From Rhodocyclaceae bacterium (GTDB lineage Bacteria > Pseudomonadota > Gammaproteobacteria > Burkholderiales > Rhodocyclaceae), in NCBI GenBank assembly GCA_036824045.1, contig DAITAZ010000009.1:25389-49388 (forward strand): a stretch of 24,000 nucleotides of DNA, in the 5' to 3' direction. This document shows positions 1-8,585 of the stretch, one piece after another. The notes under the pieces were generated by a model, which worked only from the letters and a program-made list of their open reading frames with translations, was not told where the DNA came from and did not search any database. The translations under genes and the position numbers were made by a program. Position 1 is the first letter of the stretch. Each line of letters opens with the position of its first letter.

Positions 1-1
1 C

Positions 2-3000
2 TGCGGCCTGCAGCGGGCTGCCGATGGCGAACCGCGCCTGCTGTTCACCCGCGAAGGCGACGGCACCGTCACCTGGGCTTCCGCCCGGCTGCCGGAACTG
101 GAGGCCGCCCAGGCCTACTGGCTCATGCCCGTGGAACATGCGGATCTGCCGGGCGCGCCGGAGCATTTCGCCGCCCTCCAGGAGCTGCTGGAGACCGGCC
201 GTACCGTCAAACTGGAGCGTCTGCCCGCCAGCCGGGGCAGCGGCGCGGCGGCCGCGCCCTTCACCCTGGAAGCTCCGCCCCCCGTACTGCCCGCCGACGA
301 GGAACTGGCCCGCGCAGCCTTGGGCAGCAGCCCCCGTCGGCGCCGCACCGCCAGCCGCGTGCAGCCCCTCAAGGTGGCCGTCCACGCGGGGGACGTGAAC
401 TTCGTGGATCAACCGGTGCTGTGCGGCCATTCCATCGGCGACCCGATTTCCGGCCCCGAGGCGGCGCTGGACCGCATCCTCGAGGGCGCACTCACCGAGC
501 GGGAACGCCTCGGCCTCTACGCCTCGGAAGTGGGGACGTCGGCCATTGTGCTGCGCCAGCCCAATGAGCTGGAGCGGGCCCGGGGCAGCCTGCGCGGCGC
601 GGTGATCGTCGGTCTGGGCAAATACACCGGCCAGTTGAGCACCCAACAGATCACCGAAACCGTGCGCGGGGGCGTCCTGCGCTACCTGCTGCAGCGGCGC
701 GACACCCTTGGCCTGCCGCCGGATCACCCGGTGCAGCTCTACAGCGTGCTCATCGGCTCGGCCGGCGCGGCCACCGGCATCAGCGTGGCGGAATCGGTGG
801 TGGCCGTCACCCGCGGCGTGCTGCAGGCCAACCAGCAGTTCATGACGGCGCTGGGCAAGGGCGAAGGCCACGGGCAACCGGTGGCCAGCCTCAACTTCAT
901 CGAGATGTTCCGCGACACGGCCATCAGTGCCGCCTACACCGTGCGCGCCCTGGGCAAGACCCTGCAGGACGAGCTCAAGCGCCTGGGCGCCCGCGTCGAT
1001 GCCGCCAGCGAGCTGAGCTTCGGCCCCGGGGTGCGCCATCGCCTGAGCAACAGCGACAACACCGACTATTGGACCCGGCTCATCGTCACCGACCCGGACG
1101 GCGAATCCGGCGCGGCCGACGTCCGCCCCGCCCCGCCCCCCGGATCCGGCGACGCCGTCGATGCCTCCGCGGCTGAACACCGCTACCACCCGCAACGGCT
1201 CAAGTACGTTTTCCTCTCGCCCCGGGCACGGGCCGAGAGCGTGGCCCAGGTGCGCCAGCCAGGGTTGATCGAAACCATCATCCAGGGCCAGCGGAGCAAT
1301 CCCGCCAATAATCCCCGCCTGGGGCAACTGCTGTTCCAGCTCATGGTGCCCCTGGAATTCAAGGCTGCGGCTCGGGAACAGGCCAAGCTGATGCTGGTGC
1401 TGGACCAATACACCGCCAACCTGCCCTGGGAACTGCTGGAAGTGGAAGGCGGCCCCCTGGTGCTGCAAACGCCCATGGTGCGGCAACTGGCCACCCAGCG
1501 TTACCGCGCCCGGGTGAGCAACGCCGGCCGGGAAACCGCCTGCCTCATCGTTTCCCCCAGCACGGTCGGTTTCAACACCCGCTTCCCCACGGGCCCCGCG
1601 CGCCTGGCCCAGTTGCCCAAGGCGGTGGACGAGGGCACGGCGGTGGAGAACACCCTGAGGGAGAACGGCTGGGGCCCGGCGGACATCAAGGTCTGCCCCG
1701 AGGAATCCAGCGCCCTGGACGTACTCACCGCCCTCTACGAACAGCCCTACCGCATCCTGCTCATCGCCGGGCACGGCGTGTTCGAGGCCAAGGCCAAGGA
1801 CGGACGGCGCTACTCCGGCGTGGTGCTCTCCGACGGCCTGCTCCTCACCGCGGTGGAAATCGCCCAGATGGAGGTGGTGCCCGAAGTGGTGCTGCTCAGT
1901 TGCTGCCACCTGGGGAGCGTCAGCACCGACAGCAATCCCGACCGACTGGCCTATAGTCTGGCCCAGGAGTTGATCGAAATGGGCGTGCGCTGCGTGGTGG
2001 CCGCCGCCTGGGCGGTAGACGATGCGGCCGCCTGCACCTTCTCCCGCACCCTGTTCCGGGAACTGGCCGAGGGCGAGAACTTCGGCAAGGCCGTGTTCTG
2101 CGCCCGCCGCGCCACCTATCAGGCGCACCCGGGCTGCAACACCTGGGGGGCCTACCAGGCCTACGGCGATCCCTCCTACCGCCTGCGGCCCCAGGCCGCC
2201 AAGGCCCACGCCAGGCAAAAGCCGGCCTTTGTCGCCGTCGAAGAACTCCTCGCCAGCCTGGAACGCATTGCCCTGCGGCTGCGCACCGCCAACCCGGACG
2301 CGGGCGCCCCCCCGCTGAAGCGGCTGCGTCAGGAACTGCAGCAGGAGCTCGATCGGTGCCCTCCCGAATGGAGCGAATCGCCCGAGGTGCTCCAGGCGCT
2401 GGGCCGCATCTACTCGGAGCTGGGTGAAGACGGCTTCGAGGAAGCCCGGCGCTGCTATCTCACAGCCTTGCAGACCGACGATGCGGGCGGCCGGGTGGCC
2501 GTACGCACCATCGAGCAGCTCGCCAATCTGGAAGTGCGGCTGGCGGAAGCCCTGGCCGCCCGGGGCGAACTCGCCCAGGCGGAAAAGCTGGCGGATTTCG
2601 CCATCGTCCGCCTCCACGGCCTCAAGGCCACCGTGGATGGCGGCGACGCCATCTCCCGCGCCAATACGGAGCGGGCCGTGCTCCTGGGTAGCGCCAACAA
2701 GCACCGGGCGGCCATCAGCGCCTGCAGCCCCGGCGCTGACTGGAATACCGTGTCCAAACTGCTGGGCGAGGCGGCCCTCGCCTATGGCGCCGCAGTTGCC
2801 GGCCCGGCCCAGGCCTCGCCCAACAACACCCTCAACCGCCTGCAACTGGAAGCCCTGGCGACCCCCCCCGCCGACCCGGCAACCGCGATTGCCCTGGCCA
2901 AGGAATGCGGTCAGGAGGCCAACCGGCGCTTTGCCGCCAGCCGCAGCTTCTGGGACGCCGTGGGCGCTGCGGACGCGGTGCTCACCGCCTGGCTGCTGGG

Positions 3001-3286
3001 TGAGGCGCTCGACCGCCCCGCCCATACCCTGCTCAAGCGCTACCAGGATGCCACCGCCAGCGTGCCGGGCTCCGCCCGGCAGTGGAACTCGGTGCTCAAG
3101 CAGTGGCGGCTGCTGGCCGGTTTTCTCCGCCTGCGCGCCCGCAACGGCGACGACACGACGGCGGCGGAACTGGAAAAGCTGATGCGCCTGCACGGGGGCG
3201 GCGAGGAACCCGCCGCCGAAGCGGTGGAACGGGTGGCCCCGGCTGGCGCCAACACTCCACCCCCACGCAAGGGGCGGAAAGGCTGA
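2..3286 (+). CDS. CHAT-domain (caspase-like) protein, 5'-truncated by the window edge; probable C-terminal end of an alpha/beta-hydrolase domain, then an uncharacterised domain, CHAT domain and helical/TPR-like repeats
   Basis: The ORF listed at 125 is open without a stop to position 2 (CGLQRAADGEPRLLFTREGDGTVTWASARLPELEAAQAYWLMPVEHADL...), so ATG125 is probably internal. CHAT-like motifs: LLIAGHGVF (His codon 1772-1774) and VVLLSCCHLG (candidate Cys codon 1904-1906), followed by AYSLAQELIEMGVRCVVAAAWAVDD. The C-terminus is rich in helical repeat-like sequence. Confidence 0.85.
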   Translation, partial: CGLQRAADGEPRLLFTREGDGTVTWASARLPELEAAQAYWLMPVEHADLPGAPEHFAALQELLETGRTVKLERLPASRGSGAAAAPFTLEAPPPVLPADEELARAALGSSPRRRRTASRVQPLKVAVHAGDVNFVDQPVLCGHSIGDPISGPEAALDRILEGALTERERLGLYASEVGTSAIVLRQPNELERARGSLRGAVIVGLGKYTGQLSTQQITETVRGGVLRYLLQRRDTLGLPPDHPVQLYSVLIGSAGAATGISVAESVVAVTRGVLQANQQFMTALGKGEGHGQPVASLNFIEMFRDTAISAAYTVRALGKTLQDELKRLGARVDAASELSFGPGVRHRLSNSDNTDYWTRLIVTDPDGESGAADVRPAPPPGSGDAVDASAAEHRYHPQRLKYVFLSPRARAESVAQVRQPGLIETIIQGQRSNPANNPRLGQLLFQLMVPLEFKAAAREQAKLMLVLDQYTANLPWELLEVEGGPLVLQTPMVRQLATQRYRARVSNAGRETACLIVSPSTVGFNTRFPTGPARLAQLPKAVDEGTAVENTLRENGWGPADIKVCPEESSALDVLTALYEQPYRILLIAGHGVFEAKAKDGRRYSGVVLSDGLLLTAVEIAQMEVVPEVVLLSCCHLGSVSTDSNPDRLAYSLAQELIEMGVRCVVAAAWAVDDAAACTFSRTLFRELAEGENFGKAVFCARRATYQAHPGCNTWGAYQAYGDPSYRLRPQAAKAHARQKPAFVAVEELLASLERIALRLRTANPDAGAPPLKRLRQELQQELDRCPPEWSESPEVLQALGRIYSELGEDGFEEARRCYLTALQTDDAGGRVAVRTIEQLANLEVRLAEALAARGELAQAEKLADFAIVRLHGLKATVDGGDAISRANTERAVLLGSANKHRAAISACSPGADWNTVSKLLGEAALAYGAAVAGPAQASPNNTLNRLQLEALATPPADPATAIALAKECGQEANRRFAASRSFWDAVGAADAVLTAWLLGEALDRPAHTLLKRYQDATASVPGSARQWNSVLKQWRLLAGFLRLRARNGDDTTAAELEKLMRLHGGGEEPAAEAVERVAPAGANTPPPRKGRKG

Positions 3287-3346
3287 TCGGTCCGAACGCC
3301 CGGGTAACCGCCGGGGGCCACCCGGGCGCCGCCGAGCAAGAGGTGT

Positions 3347-3375
3347 TTGACTTTCGCCCCACCAGAAAGTAACTT
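3347..3375 (+). promoter_or_regulatory. Candidate sigma70-like promoter for the metX leader
   Basis: TTGACT (3347-3352), 17 nt spacer, TAACTT (3370-3375); predicted start about 3382, just upstream of the aptamer-like stem. Confidence 0.4.
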
Positions 3376-3383
3376 CCTCCGAC

Positions 3384-3440
3384 AGCGCCGATTTGAATGA
3401 TCAGCTTGCGGGCGCTCAACAAATACGGCTAAAGCGAGGG
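3384..3440 (+). promoter_or_regulatory. SAM-II-like (SAM_alpha/metA motif) riboswitch aptamer upstream of metX
   Basis: AGCGCC (3384-3389) pairs perfectly with GGCGCT (3411-3416), enclosing GATTTGAATGATCAGCTTGCG, followed by CAACAAATACGGCTAAAGCGAGGG. The GATTT...CTTGC loop and AAAT..GCTAAA tail resemble SAM-II; CTTGC (3405-3409) can pair with GCGAG (3434-3438) as a pseudoknot with one U.G wobble. Directly upstream of metX. Confidence 0.75.
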
Positions 3441-3441
3441 C

Positions 3442-3480
3442 AACCCAGTCCGCGCCAGCGCCGACTGGGTTTTTCGTTTC
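3442..3480 (+). terminator. Rho-independent terminator between the riboswitch-like element and metX, a likely expression platform
   Basis: AACCCAGTC (3442-3450) / GACTGGGTT (3463-3471), perfect 9 bp stem, 12 nt loop, followed by TTTTCGTTTC. Confidence 0.75.
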
Positions 3481-3568
3481 TGGATGCCCCCGGCGGGGAC
3501 GGCCACGGCCAACTGCCGCAGCAGAGAGCCAGAGCGGGCAAGCCCAGCGTTTTCTATCGAGGCGTAAC

Positions 3569-4711
3569 TTGAGTCATTTGGAACTGCTGACCGGCGACAG
3601 CGTCGGTGCCGTGGAGGCCAGAAAGGCGCGGTTTGCCGAGCCTCTGGCGCTCAAATGCGGCACCAGCCTGTCGAATTACGATCTGGTCTACGAGACCTAC
3701 GGCGAGTTGAACGCGGCGGGCACCAACGCGGTGCTGATCTGCCACGCCCTTTCCGGCTCCCACCATGTGGCCGGTGTCTATGCGGACAATCCCAACGCAG
3801 TCGGCTGGTGGGACAACCTGATCGGCCCCGGCAAACCCCTGGATACCCGCCGCTTCTTCGTGGTCGGCGTCAACAACCTGGGTGGCTGCCACGGCTCCAC
3901 CGGGCCCTCGACGGTCAACCCTTCCACCGGGAAACCCTGGGGCGCGGAGTTCCCGGTGATGACCGTGGAAGACTGGGTGGAATCCCAGGCCCGGCTGGCG
4001 GACCGGCTGGGCATCGGGCGCTGGGCGGCGGTGATGGGGGGAAGCCTGGGCGGCATGCAGGCCCTGCAGTGGACCTTGAGCTACCCGGAGCGGGTGGCCC
4101 ACGCTTTGGTGATCGCTTCTGCGCCCAAACTGACAGCGCAGAACATCGCCTTCAACGACGTGGCCCGCCAGGCCATCCTCACCGACCCGGATTTCCACGG
4201 CGGTCATTTCTACGGCCAGGGCGTGGTGCCCACCCGCGGTCTGCGTCTGGCCCGGATGCTGGGCCACATCACCTACCTGTCCGACGACAACATGGCATCC
4301 AAGTTCGGCCGCCTGTTGCGCTCGGGGGAATACAAGTTCGGCTTCGACGTGGAGTTCGAGATTGAGTCCTACCTGCGCTACCAGGGGGACAAGTTCGCCG
4401 GCTTCTTCGACGCCAACACCTATCTGCTGATGACAAAGGCGCTGGATTACTTCGATCCGGCATCCGCCTGCGGCGGCGATCTCTCCCAGGCCCTGGCACG
4501 GGCCAGGGCGCGCTTCCTGGTGGCGTCCTTCACCACCGACTGGCGGTTCTCGCCCGCGCGCTCCCGGGAGATCGTCGAGGCCTTGCTGGACAACGGCCTG
4601 GATGTCTCCTACGCCGAGATCGAAAGCCCGGACGGGCATGATTCCTTCCTGATGGCGGACCCGCACTACCACGCCATCCTCCGCGCCTATTTCGACAACG
4701 TGCTGCCATGA
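3569..4711 (+). CDS. metX: Homoserine O-acyltransferase (MetX; acetyl/succinyl)
   Basis: [47 protein letters not shown]-terminal [13 protein letters not shown] start with GAGG 6 nt upstream. Confidence 0.93.
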   Translation: MSHLELLTGDSVGAVEARKARFAEPLALKCGTSLSNYDLVYETYGELNAAGTNAVLICHALSGSHHVAGVYADNPNAVGWWDNLIGPGKPLDTRRFFVVGVNNLGGCHGSTGPSTVNPSTGKPWGAEFPVMTVEDWVESQARLADRLGIGRWAAVMGGSLGGMQALQWTLSYPERVAHALVIASAPKLTAQNIAFNDVARQAILTDPDFHGGHFYGQGVVPTRGLRLARMLGHITYLSDDNMASKFGRLLRSGEYKFGFDVEFEIESYLRYQGDKFAGFFDANTYLLMTKALDYFDPASACGGDLSQALARARARFLVASFTTDWRFSPARSREIVEALLDNGLDVSYAEIESPDGHDSFLMADPHYHAILRAYFDNVLP

Positions 4712-5307
4712 ACGCCGCTACCGTACTCACCCGGCCCGATTACGAGGTCATCGCCAGTTTCATCCAGCCCGGCGAGCGGGTGCTCGACCTGGGCTGCGGC
4801 GACGGCTCGCTGCTGCGCTATCTGAAGGAAACCCTCAACGTCCGCGGCTACGGCGTGGAAATCGAACCCGCCCGGGTACTGGCCGGCATCCGCAATGGCG
4901 TGAACGTCATCCAGAGCGACCTGGAAACCGGCCTTTCCGGCTTTGGCGACGGCGCCTTCGACCATGTCATCCTGTCCCTCACCCTGCAGGCCATGCGCAA
5001 CACCGAAGGCGCGCTCAAGGAACTGCTGCGGGTGGGGCGGGATGCCATCGTCAGCTTTCCCAACTTCGGCTACTGGCGGCACCGCTCGGCCATCCTCAAC
5101 GGCCGCATGCCGGTGTCGGAGACCCTGCCCTACCAGTGGTACAACACCCCCAACCTGCGCTTTTTCACCATGGCGGACTTCGAGGCCCTGTGCCAGACCT
5201 TGGGCATCATCATCCGCGATCGCCGCGCTCTGGATGGCGGCACCGTGGTGACGGACGAGCCGAATTTCATGGCCAGCGTGGCGGTGTACCGCCTGCGCGC
5301 AGGATGA
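4708..5307 (+). CDS. metW: Methionine biosynthesis protein MetW (SAM-dependent methyltransferase fold)
   Basis: [39 protein letters not shown]; ATGA overlap with metX. Confidence 0.93.
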   Translation: MNAATVLTRPDYEVIASFIQPGERVLDLGCGDGSLLRYLKETLNVRGYGVEIEPARVLAGIRNGVNVIQSDLETGLSGFGDGAFDHVILSLTLQAMRNTEGALKELLRVGRDAIVSFPNFGYWRHRSAILNGRMPVSETLPYQWYNTPNLRFFTMADFEALCQTLGIIIRDRRALDGGTVVTDEPNFMASVAVYRLRAG

Positions 5308-6614
5308 GCGGCGGCCCGCAGGGCCCGGAACCCGGGGCAGCCGGGCCGGACAAACCCGGGCTGTGGCAGGCGCTGGCCAACCGCCGGATGCTGGTGTGCA
5401 TCTTCACCGGCTTCACCTCCGGCTTGCCGCTCTACCTGCTGCTCAACCTGCTGCCCGCCTGGCTCAAGACGGAGGGCATCAGCCTCAAGGCCATCGGCGC
5501 CTTTGCCCTGATCCAGTTCCCCTACACCTGGAAGTTCCTCTGGGCGCCGCTGCTGGACCGCTACGCGCTGCCCTGGCTGGGTCGCCGCCGGGGCTGGATG
5601 GCGCTCACCCAGATCGCCCTGCTCGCGGCCATCGCCTGGCTCGGCCAGCTCTCGCCCAAGGATGACCTGAGCCTCATCGTCGGCCTCACCGCCGGAATCG
5701 CCTTCCTCTCCGCCACCCTGGACATCGCCCTGGACGCCTTCCGCCGCGAACTCCTGGCAGACACGGAACTGGGCCTGGGCAACGCGGTACACGTGAATGC
5801 CTACAAGCTGGCAGGCCTGGTGCCCGGCTCGCTGTCCCTGATCCTGGCGGACCACCTGCCCTGGCAGCAGGTGTTTGCCGTCACGGCCCTGTTCATGGCT
5901 CCCGGCCTGGCCATGACCCTGCTGGCCGCCGAGCCCCGCACCTCGGGCACCGCTCCCCGCACCCTGCGCGAGGCAGTGGTGGAGCCCTTCCACGAATTCA
6001 TCCACCGCAGCGGCTGGCGCGTCGCCCTGTGGGTGCTGGGCTTCATCTTCCTCTACAAGCTGGGGGATTCCCTGTGCACGGCACTGGCCACGCCCTTCTA
6101 CCTGGACATGGGCTATACCAAGACCGACATCGGCCTGGTGGCCAAGCACGCCGGCTTGTGGCCTAGCGTCATCGGCGGCCTGCTGGGGGGGCTGTGGATG
6201 GTCAGGACCGGCATCAACCGGGCATTGTGGCTGTTTGGCGTGGTTCAGGCGCTGGCCATCCTGGGCTTCGCCTGGCTGGCGTGGCTCGGGCCCGCCCCGG
6301 CGGACCCGCAGCGGCTGGCCGTGCTGGCCGGGGTGATCGGGGTCGAAGCGCTGGGCGTGGGCCTGGGCACCGCCGCCTTTGTCGCCTTCATCGCCCGCAC
6401 CACCCACCCGGCCTACACCGCCACCCAGTTTGCCCTCTTCACAAGCCTGGCGGCGGTACCGCGCACCTTCATCAACGCTTCCGCCGGCTGGCTGGTGGAG
6501 AGCCTGGGCTGGTTCGGGTTCTTTCTCCTGTGCTTCGTACTGGCCGCCCCCGGCATGGCCTTGCTGGCCAAAGTGGCGCCCTGGGGCGACGATCCGCCGG
6601 CCCACCAACCATGA
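5304..6614 (+). CDS. ampG: AmpG-like MFS transporter
   Basis: ATG5304 overlaps metW stop. MLVCIFTGFTSGLPLYLLLNLLPAWLKTEG, FPYTWKFLWAPLLDRY, multiple hydrophobic segments. Confidence 0.82.
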   Translation: MSGGPQGPEPGAAGPDKPGLWQALANRRMLVCIFTGFTSGLPLYLLLNLLPAWLKTEGISLKAIGAFALIQFPYTWKFLWAPLLDRYALPWLGRRRGWMALTQIALLAAIAWLGQLSPKDDLSLIVGLTAGIAFLSATLDIALDAFRRELLADTELGLGNAVHVNAYKLAGLVPGSLSLILADHLPWQQVFAVTALFMAPGLAMTLLAAEPRTSGTAPRTLREAVVEPFHEFIHRSGWRVALWVLGFIFLYKLGDSLCTALATPFYLDMGYTKTDIGLVAKHAGLWPSVIGGLLGGLWMVRTGINRALWLFGVVQALAILGFAWLAWLGPAPADPQRLAVLAGVIGVEALGVGLGTAAFVAFIARTTHPAYTATQFALFTSLAAVPRTFINASAGWLVESLGWFGFFLLCFVLAAPGMALLAKVAPWGDDPPAHQP

Positions 6615-7312
6615 GCGCTCGCCGACGCGAATGCCTGGCTGGCGCGCAGGCCCAGTTGCCGCTGCAACTGGGCATCCTGCCCTTTGGCGCGCTCTATGGT
6701 CTGGGCGCCCTGCAAGCAGGCATGCCGGCCTGGCTGGCCCAGGCGGCTTCCGCCATCGTCTTCGCCGGTGCCGCGCAACTGGTGCTGGTGCAGATGCTCA
6801 CTGCCGGTGCCGGCTGGGGGCCGATCTTCGCCACCGGAAGCCTGCTCAACCTGCGCCATGTGCTCTACAGCGCCTCGGTGGCCGAGTACCTGGGGAGCCT
6901 GCCCCGGCGGTGGCGCCTGCTCCTGGCCTACCTGCTCACGGACGAAGCCTTCGCCGTGGGCATCCTCCGCTACCGGGACCCACCCGGGGAGGAGGACGTG
7001 CGCCACTGGTACTTCCTCGGCGCCGGGCTCACCATGTGGGCAAGCTGGCAGCTCTCCACCGCCATCGGCATCCTCTTCGGCACCGCACTGCCGCCGGAAT
7101 GGGATCTGGACTTCGCCGTGCCCCTCACATTCATCGCCTTGCTCACCCTGCTCCTGCGTCATCAGGGTGGCCGGCTTGCCGCCGCCGTGGCCGCCGTGGC
7201 CGCGGTGATGCTGGCGGCGCTGCCCTACAAGCTGGGACTCGTCGCCGCCATCCTCCTCGCCCTGGCGGTGGCGGGCTGGCGCGGCGAAAGCAGCGAAGGG
7301 GAGGCGCCGTGA
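6611..7312 (+). CDS. azlC: AzlC family branched-chain amino acid permease-like protein
   Basis: LPLQLGILPFGALYGLGALQAGMP..LAQ..S.IVFAGAAQLVLVQML, NLRHVLYSASVAEYL, LTDEAFAV; ATG overlaps the previous stop; followed by AzlD. Confidence 0.85.
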   Translation: MSARRRECLAGAQAQLPLQLGILPFGALYGLGALQAGMPAWLAQAASAIVFAGAAQLVLVQMLTAGAGWGPIFATGSLLNLRHVLYSASVAEYLGSLPRRWRLLLAYLLTDEAFAVGILRYRDPPGEEDVRHWYFLGAGLTMWASWQLSTAIGILFGTALPPEWDLDFAVPLTFIALLTLLLRHQGGRLAAAVAAVAAVMLAALPYKLGLVAAILLALAVAGWRGESSEGEAP

Positions 7313-7394
7313 GCGCGGCGCTCTTGCCGCCGCGACAGGCCAGCGCCACGCCTGCCCCGGTGAGGAGGCCGCACGGGGGCAGAAAGGAGGCCCT

Positions 7395-7730
7395 GTGGGC
7401 ACACTGGCCCTGCTGAGCCTGCTGCTGGCCCTCGGGCTGGTGACCTTTCTCTACCGCTATTCAATGATCGGCCTGCTGGCCGGGCGACGCCTGCCCGGCT
7501 GGCTGCACAGCATCTGCCGCAACATCGCCCCGGCCAGCTTCGCTGCCCTCACCGCCACCGCGCTGTTCGTGCAGGACGGCGGGCCGCATCTCGATCTCAC
7601 CCAGCCCAAACCCTGGGCGGCCCTGGTGGCAGCGCTGGTAGCGTGGCGCAGCGGCAGCGTGCTGGGGACGATCGCCGCCGGCATGGCCACCCTGGCGCTG
7701 CTCAAACACTTCGGTCCCCTGGCGGGCTGA
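7395..7730 (+). CDS. azlD: AzlD domain protein
   Basis: 111 aa, several hydrophobic segments, TFLYRYSMIGLL, ICRNIAPASFAALTA; GTG start with AGGAGG 4 nt upstream. Confidence 0.8.
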   Translation: MGTLALLSLLLALGLVTFLYRYSMIGLLAGRRLPGWLHSICRNIAPASFAALTATALFVQDGGPHLDLTQPKPWAALVAALVAWRSGSVLGTIAAGMATLALLKHFGPLAG

Positions 7731-7781
7731 GGCGGGCAAGCGGGCTACAATCGCGCCGTTCTTCAGCCCGCCCCCGCGCCC

Positions 7782-8498
7782 ATGGCCCCGCACCCTCTCG
7801 TTGTCGCCGCCGACCAGTTGCGGCACACCCTGGCGCCGCTGCGCTTTGCCGCCCCGGTCAGCCACGTCTACAACCCCCTGGACTACGCCTGGAACGCCCA
7901 CTGTCAGTACCTGGAACGCTACGGCAGCGGGCCTCGGCGCGTGGTTTTCCTGGGCATGAATCCGGGGCCCTTCGGCATGGTGCAAACCGGCGTGCCCTTT
8001 GGCGAAATTGCAGCCGTACGCGACTGGATGGGTATTGCCAGCGGTGTGGAAAAGCCTGCGGTGGAAAACCCGAAGCGGCCCATCGAAGGGTTTGCCTGCA
8101 CGCGTTCCGAGGTCAGCGGGCAACGGCTGTGGGGCCTATTCCGCGAACGTTTCGGCAGTGCGGAAGCCTTTTTCGCCGATCACTTCGTGGCCAACTACTG
8201 TCCGCTGGCTTTTTTCGATCAGGGTCGCAACCTGACACCGGACAAACTGCCCGCCGCGGAGCAGGAAACCCTGCTGGCGGCCTGCGACGCGCACCTGCGA
8301 CAGATGATGCTCGCCCTCCAGCCCGAGTGGCTGATCGGTGTTGGCGCCTACGCCGAGGCCCAGGCCCGGCGCGCGCTCGCGGGCCTGCCCGTTGCCATTG
8401 CTCGGGTGCTCCACCCCAGCCCGGCCAGCCCCGCCGCCAACCGGGGCTGGAGTGCCGCCGCCCTCAAGCAGTTGCTGGAGCAGGGCGTGTGGCACTGA
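7782..8498 (+). CDS. SMUG1-type single-strand-selective uracil-DNA glycosylase
   Basis: VVFLGMNPGPFGMVQTGVPFGEI, KRPIEGFACTRSEVSGQRLWG, RVLHPSPASPAANRGW match SMUG1 motifs. ATG7782 chosen because upstream sequence does not look like part of the protein. Confidence 0.87.
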   Translation: MAPHPLVVAADQLRHTLAPLRFAAPVSHVYNPLDYAWNAHCQYLERYGSGPRRVVFLGMNPGPFGMVQTGVPFGEIAAVRDWMGIASGVEKPAVENPKRPIEGFACTRSEVSGQRLWGLFRERFGSAEAFFADHFVANYCPLAFFDQGRNLTPDKLPAAEQETLLAACDAHLRQMMLALQPEWLIGVGAYAEAQARRALAGLPVAIARVLHPSPASPAANRGWSAAALKQLLEQGVWH

Positions 8499-8585
8499 AA
8501 CGCCCGCCCCCAACACAACAGCCAGTCGCCCCCCGGGGCGGGGTACAATCGCGGCCTTTCGATTTTTTCCGTTAGGGAGTGCAGG

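Noticed and set aside
125-127. ATG125 as true start of the CHAT protein
   Set aside because: The frame is open to the window edge and the upstream residues look like continuous protein (GDGTVTWASARLP...), so the real start lies outside the window.
3554-4672. 372 aa minus-strand ORF opposite metX
   Set aside because: Shadow ORF; metX motifs are unambiguous on the other strand.
5130-6608. 492 aa minus-strand ORF opposite ampG
   Set aside because: Low-complexity Gly/Gln/His-rich composition with no recognisable motifs; it mirrors a well-supported membrane transporter gene and is typical of antisense shadow ORFs in GC-rich DNA.
6413-7402. 329 aa minus-strand ORF opposite azlC
   Set aside because: Low-complexity shadow ORF, inconsistent with the coupled ampG-azlC arrangement.
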